Below, one piece after another: positions 29,439 through 38,584 of a DNA stretch of 64,000 bases. The notes under the pieces are model-generated. The model was not told the DNA's origin and made no database searches. It saw only the letters and a list, made by a program, of their open reading frames with translations. The stretch's first letter is position 1; every line of letters starts with the position of its first letter. Origin of the DNA: Candidatus Latescibacterota bacterium. GTDB lineage: Bacteria > Latescibacterota > UBA2968 > GCA-2709665. Both the position numbers and the translations under genes were made by a program. The stretch spans positions 1 through 64,000 of the forward strand of contig OZ244937.1 of the NCBI GenBank assembly GCA_965222075.1, given 5' to 3'.

Positions 29439-29467
29439 AAGATATTTCAGACCCGACAGCATGTCAA
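29439..29467 (-). promoter_or_regulatory. sigma70-type promoter for the DUF6785 gene
   Basis: TTGACA-17 nt-TATCTT on the minus strand. Confidence 0.6.
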
Positions 29468-29531
29468 GCCGAAATCGGTGTGCTACGGTTTTGGAGGGGT
29501 TTGTCCTTATAGACTCAAAGGAGGGATTACC

Positions 29532-30455
29532 GTGAGTCGTGAACGGCTCTATGTCTGTATGACGATGGACGTGGAACGGATTAACGCGTTTTACCGAGGA
29601 GGGCCGCCGACGTGGGAATTCGCCGAGCGGTCGGTGCGGTCCTACTGCGGGCTGCTGGCCGAACACGGCCTGCCGGCGACGCTGTTCGTGGTGCCCGATA
29701 CGGCCACTCACCAGGGAAAGATGCTGCGGGAGGTGGCCCAGGAGACGGGGGCGGAACTGGGGATGCATTTCCATCCTGAGGGCTGGGGGGATCACTACAA
29801 GAATCGGGAGGCTTACGATTGCCTGGGGGGGTATTCAAGAGAGGAGCAGCACCGGATGCTGGCGGGGGCGCTGGAGCAGGTGACCGAGGGATTTGGGACG
29901 CGACCGGGGGCGTTCCGGCCGGGGAACTGTTCGGCGAACGACGAGACCTTCGGGGTGCTGGCCGACCTGGGGTTCACCCACGGGAGCGTGAGCCAGCCCG
30001 GGCGGGCGGCGTCGAGCCGGAAGGCGGTCTGGAAAGATGCGTGCCTGGACGTGCACCGGGCGCACGGGGCGTTCCGGATGGTGGCGGGGGATCTGGACTT
30101 TATTGAGGTGCCGATCGTGAGTGACCAGGAGCGGTCGGATCACTGGACGGGTGTGGGCGATGTGCGGTTTGAGGCCGCAAACCCGGCGCAGGTGGCGAAG
30201 GCAGTGCAGCAGCACGTGACGCGGCAGGTGGAGGAGGCCGTGCCCCTCAAGCACGTCTGTCTGTTTACACACAACACGGTGAATTTCTGGTCCGCAGAAG
30301 AATCGGAGCGGGGGAGGCGAGGGGTGCTGGAGGAATCGATTTCAAAGATCCGGGATAATGCAGAGGAGCTGGATCTGGAGGTGAAGGGGGCGACGATCGC
30401 GGATGTGCGGGAGACGTTCCTGGAGGCTGAGCAGGAGGTTGGGACGAAAGGCTGA
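29532..30455 (+). CDS. Polysaccharide deacetylase (NodB/CE4-like) family protein
   Basis: TMDVE, ATLFV, ELGMHFHP, FRPG motifs; GTG start after GAGGG. Confidence 0.82.
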   Translation: MSRERLYVCMTMDVERINAFYRGGPPTWEFAERSVRSYCGLLAEHGLPATLFVVPDTATHQGKMLREVAQETGAELGMHFHPEGWGDHYKNREAYDCLGGYSREEQHRMLAGALEQVTEGFGTRPGAFRPGNCSANDETFGVLADLGFTHGSVSQPGRAASSRKAVWKDACLDVHRAHGAFRMVAGDLDFIEVPIVSDQERSDHWTGVGDVRFEAANPAQVAKAVQQHVTRQVEEAVPLKHVCLFTHNTVNFWSAEESERGRRGVLEESISKIRDNAEELDLEVKGATIADVRETFLEAEQEVGTKG

Positions 30456-30523
30456 TTTATTGCGAGTTGAAATTATTCAAGGCCATTTTAATATCGGGAA
30501 CTTTCCCCCCCCAAAAAAAACAT

Positions 30524-30551
30524 TTGACAACAGGGATAGAGTGATTATATT
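30524..30551 (+). promoter_or_regulatory. sigma70-type promoter for TBDR operon 2
   Basis: TTGACA-16 nt-TATATT. Confidence 0.55.
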
Positions 30552-30590
30552 CTCAAGTTGTGCAATTATTAGTGGTCTTTCAAAATAGCG

Positions 30591-30794
30591 TAGGATATAT
30601 ATAAGAAAAATCCCGCGTGATCCCACGTGTTTGGTGACACGGACCCCGGGACCGAGCAGCGTGCAAGGGGATTAGCTATGCTATCTTCTTAGCACACACT
30701 CAATTAGCCAACCTACATAGAAATTCAGTTTCTGTCAAGGATTTTTTGTTCTCTTGCGTTTTGTTTGGAGAAATTCGCCGCAGAGGTCGCAGAG
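30591..30794. repeat. ~200-bp conserved non-coding leader element, copy 2
   Basis: Colinear match to 6410-6600. Confidence 0.92.
30603..30704 (-). ncRNA. Candidate cis-antisense sRNA, copy 2
   Basis: Minus-strand TTGACA-17-TAGGTT (30738-30710), the same two hairpins, and a U-tract after the tcccg/cggga stem. Confidence 0.55.
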
Positions 30795-30859
30795 TTGTAA
30801 ACGCCGATAGGTTGAGAATTTACCGAGGGAGCCGGGTTTTCTCACAAGGAGGTTGTCGT

Positions 30860-33800
30860 ATGAGACGTGTATGCTTGTTATTTGGCATTGTTCTGAGCCT
30901 CTGCCTGCTGGCCGGCCCGGTGTGGTCGCAGACGACCGGTAAGATGACCGGTAAGATGACCGATCCAAACGGTGAGCCTCTGCCGGGCGCCAACGTGGTG
31001 ATCGAGGGCACCCGCTTCGGGGCGACGTCCGATGCGGAGGGTTTTTACCTGATCATCGGCGTAGAGCCGGGCTTCTACGAGGTGAAGGCGTCGATGGTCG
31101 GTTACGAGGCGGTGGTGCGCACGAACGTGCAGGTGGCTGTGGCCCGGACCACAGTGGCGAACTTCACGCTGCGGGAGTCGGCAATCGAGGCGGCGGAGAT
31201 CGTGGTGAGGGCGCAGCGGCCGCTGGTGGAGGTGGACCGGACGTCGAGCGAGGCAAAGATCTCGGCGGCGGACATCAGTCAGCTCCCGATTATCCGGAGC
31301 GTGAGGGAGCATCTCCAGTATGTGGCCGGGGTGGATCCGACGAGAAACCACGCGAACGGGGTGGCGATCCGTCGGTACAAGGATGGCCATACAAGGCAGT
31401 GGCAGACCTGGACGCTCGACGGCATGGAATTGCCGATGTATGACACCGGGTATCAGAGTCAGGTTATGCAGTACAACAATCTGCCCGTGACGTCCATCAG
31501 TGAGATAGCGGTCGTGAAGGCGGGGTGGGGCGCCTCGCAGCCTGCTGCTGTCTCCGGTGTGGTGAACATGGTTACCCGGGAGGGGACGCGGGTTCTCCAC
31601 GGCGGCGTCGACATCCGGATTGAGATGCCGGGCAAGCGGCACCGCGGGCCGAACGTCTACGATGCCGCCCCCGGGCAGCGGGGGGGGACGAACGGGATCT
31701 GGCGGAACCGTATGAAGTGGAACGATCCGGAGTGGGTGAACGAGACCGACCCGGTTACCGGGCAACAGGTTCACGTGAGGCAGGACTACGAGGGCGCTGT
31801 CGGACACTTAGTGGAGGGGTGGCTCACCGGGCCGCTGGGTGAAAACGCGACGTTTGTGTTGAGCGGGAAGACCAGCCGGGCGAAGGAGAACTTCCCGGCT
31901 GCTCAGCGGACCGGCCTGCGGCAGTGGAGCATTTTCGGGAAGCTCAGTTTCACGCCGTCCGACAACCTGAAGCTGAAGATCGGCTACAACCAGTCGGGTC
32001 AACCCGAATTGAGCCGGGCAGACAGAAGAGGGCCGAACAGAAACCTCTTTCTGGTCCGGGATCGGGGCCACACGGGATATGAAAGGCACTTTAGGAACCA
32101 GATCGTCTACCTGACAACCACCCACACGCTCAGCCAGAAGACGTTCCACGAATTCCAGATCGGATTCCACGGGTCCAAGCACGACACAACGGGTAACACC
32201 GACGAGACGACGAGTTCCTGGAGGAGGGACAACAGCGGGTATTTCAACCTGGATCGGCAAAGGAGGGACCTCCGGCTCAACTACAACCGGCGCTACAACT
32301 TCCGGTGGGACATCACCAGCCAGGTGACCCGGCGGAACCTGGCCAAGGCCGGGTTTACCTATCAGGTCTTTCACAATGCCAACTGGGATTACCGGCAGTC
32401 GAGCGCGAGCAACGTGACGCTTTTGGTCATTGGCAAGGACAGCATGCCGGGCCAGCGGTATGTGGCCCAACGGTTTGGGGCGTACATCGAGGACAAGATC
32501 GAGTTCCAGGGGCTGATCGTGAACGCTGGTCTCCGTTACGACCGCCTGTGGGGCGGGCCCAAGAAGACGCTTGGGGGGTGGTACAAGGGGATGCCCGGCC
32601 ACCGGACGTACAAGGCCTACATTACCCGTACACCCCGGGAACATTCGAAGCCGATTTCAACCTGGGCGCCCCGGGTCGGGATATCGCACCCGATCACGGC
32701 CCGGTCGGCCATCCGGTTCTCCTTCGGCCAATACTTCAAACCGGCGGCGTTCGGGTATCTGTGGGCCGAGGGATGGCTGCCTTCGGACCTGGAAAACCAC
32801 CCAAACCTGGACGAAACCTGGGGAGACGAGCCGGACAAACCGGGCGGGGGCTGGCACCTTGACCACGTCCAACGCAAACCGACCGGGGTCACGAATACGA
32901 CCGAGTTCGAGGTATCCTCGGGGTGGAACTTCCTCGCCAATTTTGTCTTAGACATGGCCACCTACTACCGCCGGACGGACTGGTCGACCGGCGAAAATTT
33001 CCGCTGGTTCGTAGACCCGGTGAAGGGTACGGGCAGGTCCCGGTCGCGGGGGCCGAGCGCCCGTGCGGAGGCCAAGGGGATCGAGACGTCAATCTACAAG
33101 CCCCTCTCCGACAACTTTGCCTTCCGGATCTCGCTGGACGTGGGCTGGTCACAGTTCACCTGGTCGGGTGGACCCCTCAGTTCGTGGTTCTACCCCGACT
33201 CCACCTACATCGCCAGTTCGAACTACTTTTTGGTGGACGCCAACGACGATCCGGTGCCGTTGACGGATGCAGAGATTCGAAATATCGGCCACAAGGCCAA
33301 CGAGACCATCCGGAAGAAGCAGGAGGCGCTCGCCGCAACGGAGGCGATCCTTACGAACAAGACGCCGCTTCGGCCTTTTCGTGAGTATCCGGACCTGAGC
33401 AGCAGCGATCGGAATCGGTCCGAAATCCAGGGCCTCTGGTATTCGCAAGACTGGACCGCGGACAAGACCCTTTACGTTCGGGCCGCGCCGAACACGCAGG
33501 CCAGGTTCCAGTTCCTCTGGTCCACCCCTTCCGACTGGGGGCCGGGACCGACCGTGGGCGGGTCGAAGCTGTTGGGCGGCATCCAGGCGAACCTGGTCTG
33601 GCGGTTCCACAGCGGGGATAATTTCAAGTTCACGCCTCCGGACAACCCGGGGTTCAGCAGCTCGAAGGCCGGGCCGATGTTCGTGCGGACGGACCTCAAT
33701 TTCCAGAAGACGTTCGAGGCGGGCACGGTCAGGCCCACCATCTACGCCGAGGTGTTCAACCTGTTCAATACGCACGTGGAATCGACTCGCAGCGCCAACT

Positions 33801-33925
33801 ACGTCCGGTGGGGCCTGTTGAGGCCGACGCCGAACGACCCGAACTATGAGAGGTACGGCGACCCGAGTCCATTCCGGGGCGGTACGCCGAGGTACGTGAA
33901 CGTTGGCGTGCGGATCGGGTTCTGA
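30860..33925 (+). CDS. TonB-dependent receptor 2
   Basis: QTTGKMTG..PLPGANV, SGVVNMVTREG, YIEDKIEFQGLIVNAGLRYD, PRVGISHPIT, C-terminal GVRIGF; AGGAGG RBS. Confidence 0.92.
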   Translation: MRRVCLLFGIVLSLCLLAGPVWSQTTGKMTGKMTDPNGEPLPGANVVIEGTRFGATSDAEGFYLIIGVEPGFYEVKASMVGYEAVVRTNVQVAVARTTVANFTLRESAIEAAEIVVRAQRPLVEVDRTSSEAKISAADISQLPIIRSVREHLQYVAGVDPTRNHANGVAIRRYKDGHTRQWQTWTLDGMELPMYDTGYQSQVMQYNNLPVTSISEIAVVKAGWGASQPAAVSGVVNMVTREGTRVLHGGVDIRIEMPGKRHRGPNVYDAAPGQRGGTNGIWRNRMKWNDPEWVNETDPVTGQQVHVRQDYEGAVGHLVEGWLTGPLGENATFVLSGKTSRAKENFPAAQRTGLRQWSIFGKLSFTPSDNLKLKIGYNQSGQPELSRADRRGPNRNLFLVRDRGHTGYERHFRNQIVYLTTTHTLSQKTFHEFQIGFHGSKHDTTGNTDETTSSWRRDNSGYFNLDRQRRDLRLNYNRRYNFRWDITSQVTRRNLAKAGFTYQVFHNANWDYRQSSASNVTLLVIGKDSMPGQRYVAQRFGAYIEDKIEFQGLIVNAGLRYDRLWGGPKKTLGGWYKGMPGHRTYKAYITRTPREHSKPISTWAPRVGISHPITARSAIRFSFGQYFKPAAFGYLWAEGWLPSDLENHPNLDETWGDEPDKPGGGWHLDHVQRKPTGVTNTTEFEVSSGWNFLANFVLDMATYYRRTDWSTGENFRWFVDPVKGTGRSRSRGPSARAEAKGIETSIYKPLSDNFAFRISLDVGWSQFTWSGGPLSSWFYPDSTYIASSNYFLVDANDDPVPLTDAEIRNIGHKANETIRKKQEALAATEAILTNKTPLRPFREYPDLSSSDRNRSEIQGLWYSQDWTADKTLYVRAAPNTQARFQFLWSTPSDWGPGPTVGGSKLLGGIQANLVWRFHSGDNFKFTPPDNPGFSSSKAGPMFVRTDLNFQKTFEAGTVRPTIYAEVFNLFNTHVESTRSANYVRWGLLRPTPNDPNYERYGDPSPFRGGTPRYVNVGVRIGF

Positions 33926-33941
33926 GAATGTTATGGGTGTG

Positions 33942-33967
33942 GTGGGGTGACGCATGCGTCGCCCCAC
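33942..33967. repeat. REP-like palindrome
   Basis: gtggggtgacgcatgcgtcgccccac, resembling GTAGGGGCGACGCATGCGTCGCCCCTAC-type REP elements. Confidence 0.6.
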
Positions 33968-33986
33968 AAACTGAGAGAGGTTTGAT

Positions 33987-36545
33987 ATGCGGATAAAACT
34001 GTTTTTCTGTGCAGCGCTCATCCTTGCGCTGGGGGCGTTTGATTTCCCTGCGGAGGCACAGCGGATGGCCCTCACCGGGACGGCCAACACACCCATGCCC
34101 CCTCGCCAGTTGACCCGGGGGCGGCTCTGGCACAGTTTTGTGAACACCGGCGCTGAGGGCGCACGGGTGGTGGAGATCAACTACTCCGGTATTTTTGCCG
34201 ACCTGGACTATCCGGGCCACACTATCATCCAGGGTTTCGGGGCGTTCTCCTCTCCCGTAAACGACTTTAATAGCCATTACGGGGCTCGCTCCGTCCTCAA
34301 CAGCGACCAGATCGACTTTGCCACGCACAACGGCCGTGGGCACGGGTGGTGGTTCGCCGCGAAGGTGAACGGAGAGGCGCAGGTCAGCTACAGCAGCCCC
34401 CTGATCAAGGGCAGGGAGGAGAGCGACGACGTCTTCGCGGTGGCGGTCGATCCGACAGTGGACTTCGGGGGACGCTTTGCCAACGTCGGGAACGATGTAT
34501 TGGCCCCCGTTTCGGGCCAGTCGATGGGCAATTGGTGGCCCGGTACCACGGTCGCCCTCGACGCGCTCGAGCCGAGGGAGATCCTGAACTACAAGTTCGG
34601 GGAGTATAACGGCGTGGCCACGGACAACTTTCCGGAAGACATTATCCTGAGCAAGTGGACGACGAAGATGGGCATCACCGGGACGAAGGCGGCCTATGCC
34701 TGGAACCACCCGGACTACGACGACTTCGTCATCGTGGAGTGGGTGTTTGAGAATACGGGGGATACGGACGGGGACCGTGTCGCCGACCTCCCCGGCGGGG
34801 GACACATGCTCGAAGATGTCTTTTTCGGCATCCAGCACCGCCTGATAAACTCCTCTGCCGGGAACAACCGACACAGCTACACGGCCTACTTCTGGGACTA
34901 TGGGGCGGGAGATGGGTGCTCAGGCGTATTCGGACAGGCAGACAACGGCCAGGACGACAAGATCAAGTATACCGAGGCGCCCAACTACGACGGTCCGGCG
35001 TCGGCTGTGGGACTGAAGATGACCTACTCCTACGACTGGGACAACTGGTGCTATACGGGGGCGGTTTCCAACGACGTGGGGGACCCGTATCGCGCGGGAT
35101 TCAGGCGAGGGGGTCTGCCGATCCCCGTGTTCACAAAAGACGGCGACATTCTGTCGCCCGCCTGGGTCGGGGTTGCGGAGATCGACGTGGACCCGACGGA
35201 CGGGTTCGTGGGGGATAACGACGTGTATGAGGCCCCGAAGGTGGCGCAGCAGCCGTTTGCGCACAACCTGTTTCACTTCTTTCATCGGCAGCAGAGCATT
35301 GCGGTGTTGTTCGAACTGTTGACGGAAGAGCCGGATCCGAACGTGCATACCGATGATACCCTATACCAGATGATCTCCAGTTCGCCAGACCCGTCCTACT
35401 TCGAACCGTTGAATGACCACAATGCTGCCCTCTCGCGTTCCACCCGGGGATCGGGCGATCCGAATCTGGGCGTGCCCCTGCTGCCCCTGCCGGACAACCC
35501 GACCGAGCCGATGCCCTACATGCCCAACCCGGAATGGGAGTGGAAGGACCGGCACGGGATTGCGGCGGCGTATTCGGTGATGGATGCCTACGGCCCGTAC
35601 GACCTGGCTCCGGGGCAGAAGGTGAAGTTGGTGTTCGCCTACGTGGCGGGCGCGCCGGTGACGGAGAACTTCAAGACGTTTCAGAAGAGGCGGGACAACA
35701 CGGAACTGCGGAAGGAGGAGAACGGGCTGGCCTGGGCGAACCTGGTGAACCACCTGATGAAGGCGAAGGAGGCCTATGCACTGGGATACGACCTCCCGAA
35801 CCAGCCGCCCGACGTGGACGCGAGGCTCGCCTCCTCTGCGAACGCGCAGGTCGAGATCACCTGGCCCGCTACGGGGGATAATGCGATCAACCCGGACACG
35901 GACCAATCCGACGTGGCGGGCTACCGGGTCTACCGGTCGGAGGGGCTTCCCGATCAGTGGGAACTGGTGGCCGACATCAAGGTGGGCAGTGCTTCGGGAG
36001 GGACCTACTTGTATGAAGACTCGAATTCGGTGGCGGGCTTTCCCTACTATTACAGTGTGCGGTCCTACCAGGGGAGCGCGAACACAGGGTTTGTCAGCCG
36101 CGTGACCGGCGAGACGGTGGCAGGCGGGGTCTCCGCGTATGAATCGGGGCCGGGCGACCCTTCGACGTTCTACTACCCACCTTCCGGGCCGGTCTCATTC
36201 AGCCCGGTGCAGTCGGTCTCGGCCTCGGCGGACCGGCTGGAGAAGGATATCCTCATCGTGCCGAACCCCTACATCCTTGATGATATGCACACCTACGAGG
36301 GTTCGACCAAGATCCGCATCCTGAACGTTCCGAGGAAGTGCAAGATCCGGATCTACACCGTTGGCGGAGACCTGGTGGGTGAAGTGCTCCACGATTCGCA
36401 GACGGTGGGCGAGGCGGCCTACTTCCAGCTCAACCGGACGTCTACCTCTCCGCTGGTCTTCGGCACCTACTTTGTGACGGTGGAGTCCATGGTGCAGGAG
36501 AGCATGGGCCAGGTTAAGCGTGCTGCCTTTGTCACTATTCGTTAA
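33987..36545 (+). CDS. Large secreted TBDR-partner protein with Fn3-like and T9SS-like C-terminal domains
   Basis: Signal peptide; WNHPDYDDF, GYRVYRS..WEL, ILIVPNPY...IRILNVP.KCKIRIYT..G...FVTIR. Confidence 0.78.
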   Translation: MRIKLFFCAALILALGAFDFPAEAQRMALTGTANTPMPPRQLTRGRLWHSFVNTGAEGARVVEINYSGIFADLDYPGHTIIQGFGAFSSPVNDFNSHYGARSVLNSDQIDFATHNGRGHGWWFAAKVNGEAQVSYSSPLIKGREESDDVFAVAVDPTVDFGGRFANVGNDVLAPVSGQSMGNWWPGTTVALDALEPREILNYKFGEYNGVATDNFPEDIILSKWTTKMGITGTKAAYAWNHPDYDDFVIVEWVFENTGDTDGDRVADLPGGGHMLEDVFFGIQHRLINSSAGNNRHSYTAYFWDYGAGDGCSGVFGQADNGQDDKIKYTEAPNYDGPASAVGLKMTYSYDWDNWCYTGAVSNDVGDPYRAGFRRGGLPIPVFTKDGDILSPAWVGVAEIDVDPTDGFVGDNDVYEAPKVAQQPFAHNLFHFFHRQQSIAVLFELLTEEPDPNVHTDDTLYQMISSSPDPSYFEPLNDHNAALSRSTRGSGDPNLGVPLLPLPDNPTEPMPYMPNPEWEWKDRHGIAAAYSVMDAYGPYDLAPGQKVKLVFAYVAGAPVTENFKTFQKRRDNTELRKEENGLAWANLVNHLMKAKEAYALGYDLPNQPPDVDARLASSANAQVEITWPATGDNAINPDTDQSDVAGYRVYRSEGLPDQWELVADIKVGSASGGTYLYEDSNSVAGFPYYYSVRSYQGSANTGFVSRVTGETVAGGVSAYESGPGDPSTFYYPPSGPVSFSPVQSVSASADRLEKDILIVPNPYILDDMHTYEGSTKIRILNVPRKCKIRIYTVGGDLVGEVLHDSQTVGEAAYFQLNRTSTSPLVFGTYFVTVESMVQESMGQVKRAAFVTIR

Positions 36546-36555
36546 GGAGATCGCC

Positions 36556-37524
36556 ATGCGGAGCATCTATTCGATCGGATTTGCGGCGGTGCTGGCCGGA
36601 CTCGTTCTCTCTGCCCCGGCGCTGGCCGGTATCTCGAACCAGGCGCCTCTGGGCGAGACCTACGCCACTTTCTTAGAAGTAGCCCAGGGTGCACGCGGCG
36701 TGGGCATGGGCGACGCCTACGTGGGTGTGGTGGACGACATCGGCGCCGTTTTCTGGAACGTGGCCGGGATGACCGACATACCGAAAAACAGGTTTCAGTT
36801 TACGTTCACCAACACGCAGTGGCTCGTGAATTCGCAGTTCAACTCCGCGGCCGTGGGCGTGAATACGGACTACGGGGCGTTCGCCTTCAGCATCGTGACG
36901 TTTTCACCGCCCGAGATGCTGGAGACGACGATCCAACAACCTCAGGGGACGGGACGCAATCTGGATACCGGAAGCTGGGCTTTCGGCGGGGCCTACGCCA
37001 AGAAGCTCACGGACCGGTTCTCGGTGGGCGCACAGATCCGGGTGGTGAATGAGACGCTGTTCAGGGAGTGGGGCTTCCGGACGTTCGACCTGGCGCTCGG
37101 GACGAAGTATTACACGGGCTTCCGCAACCTGCGGATCGCGATGGCGCTGCGGAACTTCGGGAAGGATAAGATTCTCATCGACAACGAGATCCTCAACGCC
37201 CATATGCCCGCCCTTTTTAATATTGCGGTGGCTGCTGAGGTGATCGGGGAGAAGGGGGACCCTGCCTATCTCACCGGCGCTTTTGAGAGCCTCTACGCCG
37301 TCAGCGTAGAGAGGCGGGCGCACTTCGGGGCGGAACTCTGGCTGCGGAACATGCTGGCCCTGCGAGGCGGCTACAAGTGGAACTACGACAACCAGGATTT
37401 TACGGCAGGGGTAGGGGTGCGGCTCAAACGGGGAGACCGGTTTCTGTCGGCCGACGTGGCGTGGGCAAACTTCGGCGACCAGTTCGATGCTCCGCTGCGG
37501 TTCTCTGTGACGGGGTCTTTCTGA
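36556..37524 (+). CDS. PorV/PorQ (UPF0164) family beta-barrel protein
   Basis: FLEVAQGARGVGMGDAY..VDD..AVFWN, LALRGGYK, C-terminal F. Confidence 0.88.
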   Translation: MRSIYSIGFAAVLAGLVLSAPALAGISNQAPLGETYATFLEVAQGARGVGMGDAYVGVVDDIGAVFWNVAGMTDIPKNRFQFTFTNTQWLVNSQFNSAAVGVNTDYGAFAFSIVTFSPPEMLETTIQQPQGTGRNLDTGSWAFGGAYAKKLTDRFSVGAQIRVVNETLFREWGFRTFDLALGTKYYTGFRNLRIAMALRNFGKDKILIDNEILNAHMPALFNIAVAAEVIGEKGDPAYLTGAFESLYAVSVERRAHFGAELWLRNMLALRGGYKWNYDNQDFTAGVGVRLKRGDRFLSADVAWANFGDQFDAPLRFSVTGSF

Positions 37525-37583
37525 TTTATTAAGGAGTTAACTTTTCGGGTCCTAACGTATCAGGGTTTGAGATCGTCGTCGAA

Positions 37584-37620
37584 AAGGCCTCCTGTTGCGG
37601 ATCGTTCAACAGGGGGCCTT
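37584..37620. terminator. Intergenic hairpin after the PorV/PorQ gene
   Basis: aaggcctcctgttg-9 nt-caacagggggcctt. Confidence 0.55.
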
Positions 37621-37648
37621 ACACCTTCATGACAGGGGAGGATGGAAC

Positions 37649-38536
37649 ATGTCAGAGGGCATCCTTGAACGTCTCTCAAAGGGTCCCGTACTCGGCGACG
37701 GCGGTTATATCTACATTTTACGCCAGCGGAGGCTGCCGATGGAGAACTGGTCACCGCAGGATGTGCTGACGCACACCGACGCGGTACAGCAGCTCCAGCA
37801 GGAGTTCTTCGACGCCGGGGCGGAGGTGCTTATGGCGGAGACGTTCTCCGGCACGCGAAACCGGCTGGAGGAGGTGGGGCAGTCGGACCGGTTTGAGGAG
37901 ATCCACCGGAAGGCGGTGGAGATCGCCCGGAACGTGTCGCAGGGACGCGCGCTGATCGCCGGGACGGTGGGGTCGGCCCTCGGGTCGCAGTTTCGGGAAG
38001 GGGACGGGGACCGGGTGAGGCCCTGGTATGAGGAGGAGTGCGCGACCCTGAAGGATCTGGGCGTGGATTTCATGATCCTGGAGACGTTATACTTCTTAGA
38101 GGATGCGCTGGGTGCCCTGGGGGGGGCAAAGTCCACGGGCCTGGCGACGATGGTGACGATGTCGTGCAAACCTGAGCTCAAATCCCGCGAGGGGTTCGAG
38201 ATGGACATCTGTGCGAAGCGTTTGAAGGATGCGGGGGCTGACATCGTGGGACTGAACTGCATGCAGGACCCGGAGTTGATGCTGCCGCTGATGGAACAGG
38301 TCCGGAAGGCGGTGGACGGCCCGATCGCCGCGCAGCCGGTGGCCGTGCAGTGCCGGCCTTATGTCTACATGGGTGAGTCGGGGAGGCCGTGGACGGAGCT
38401 TGTCCTGCCTCCACAAGCGATGGCGGATTTTGCCCGGCAGGCGATGGAGGTCGGGATCGACTATATCGGCTCCTGCTGCGGGTCGGGCCCCGAACACGTC
38501 AGGGCGATGGCTGAGGCGATGGGCAAGGCTTCATAA
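37649..38536 (+). CDS. Homocysteine S-methyltransferase family protein 2 (divergent paralog)
   Basis: LGDGGY, GLNC, GSCCG. Confidence 0.88.
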   Translation: MSEGILERLSKGPVLGDGGYIYILRQRRLPMENWSPQDVLTHTDAVQQLQQEFFDAGAEVLMAETFSGTRNRLEEVGQSDRFEEIHRKAVEIARNVSQGRALIAGTVGSALGSQFREGDGDRVRPWYEEECATLKDLGVDFMILETLYFLEDALGALGGAKSTGLATMVTMSCKPELKSREGFEMDICAKRLKDAGADIVGLNCMQDPELMLPLMEQVRKAVDGPIAAQPVAVQCRPYVYMGESGRPWTELVLPPQAMADFARQAMEVGIDYIGSCCGSGPEHVRAMAEAMGKAS

Positions 38537-38584
38537 ATTCAGTTGGAAGGGTAACCCCACACGAATTGTTGGAAAGGACCACTT

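Noticed and set aside
27580-29535. 651-aa plus-strand ORF and other long antisense ORFs (e.g. 7764-9287, 9669-11231, 11341-13098, 17477-18775, 54365-55642)
   Set aside because: Shadow frames of well-supported genes in high-GC DNA, with no family motifs.
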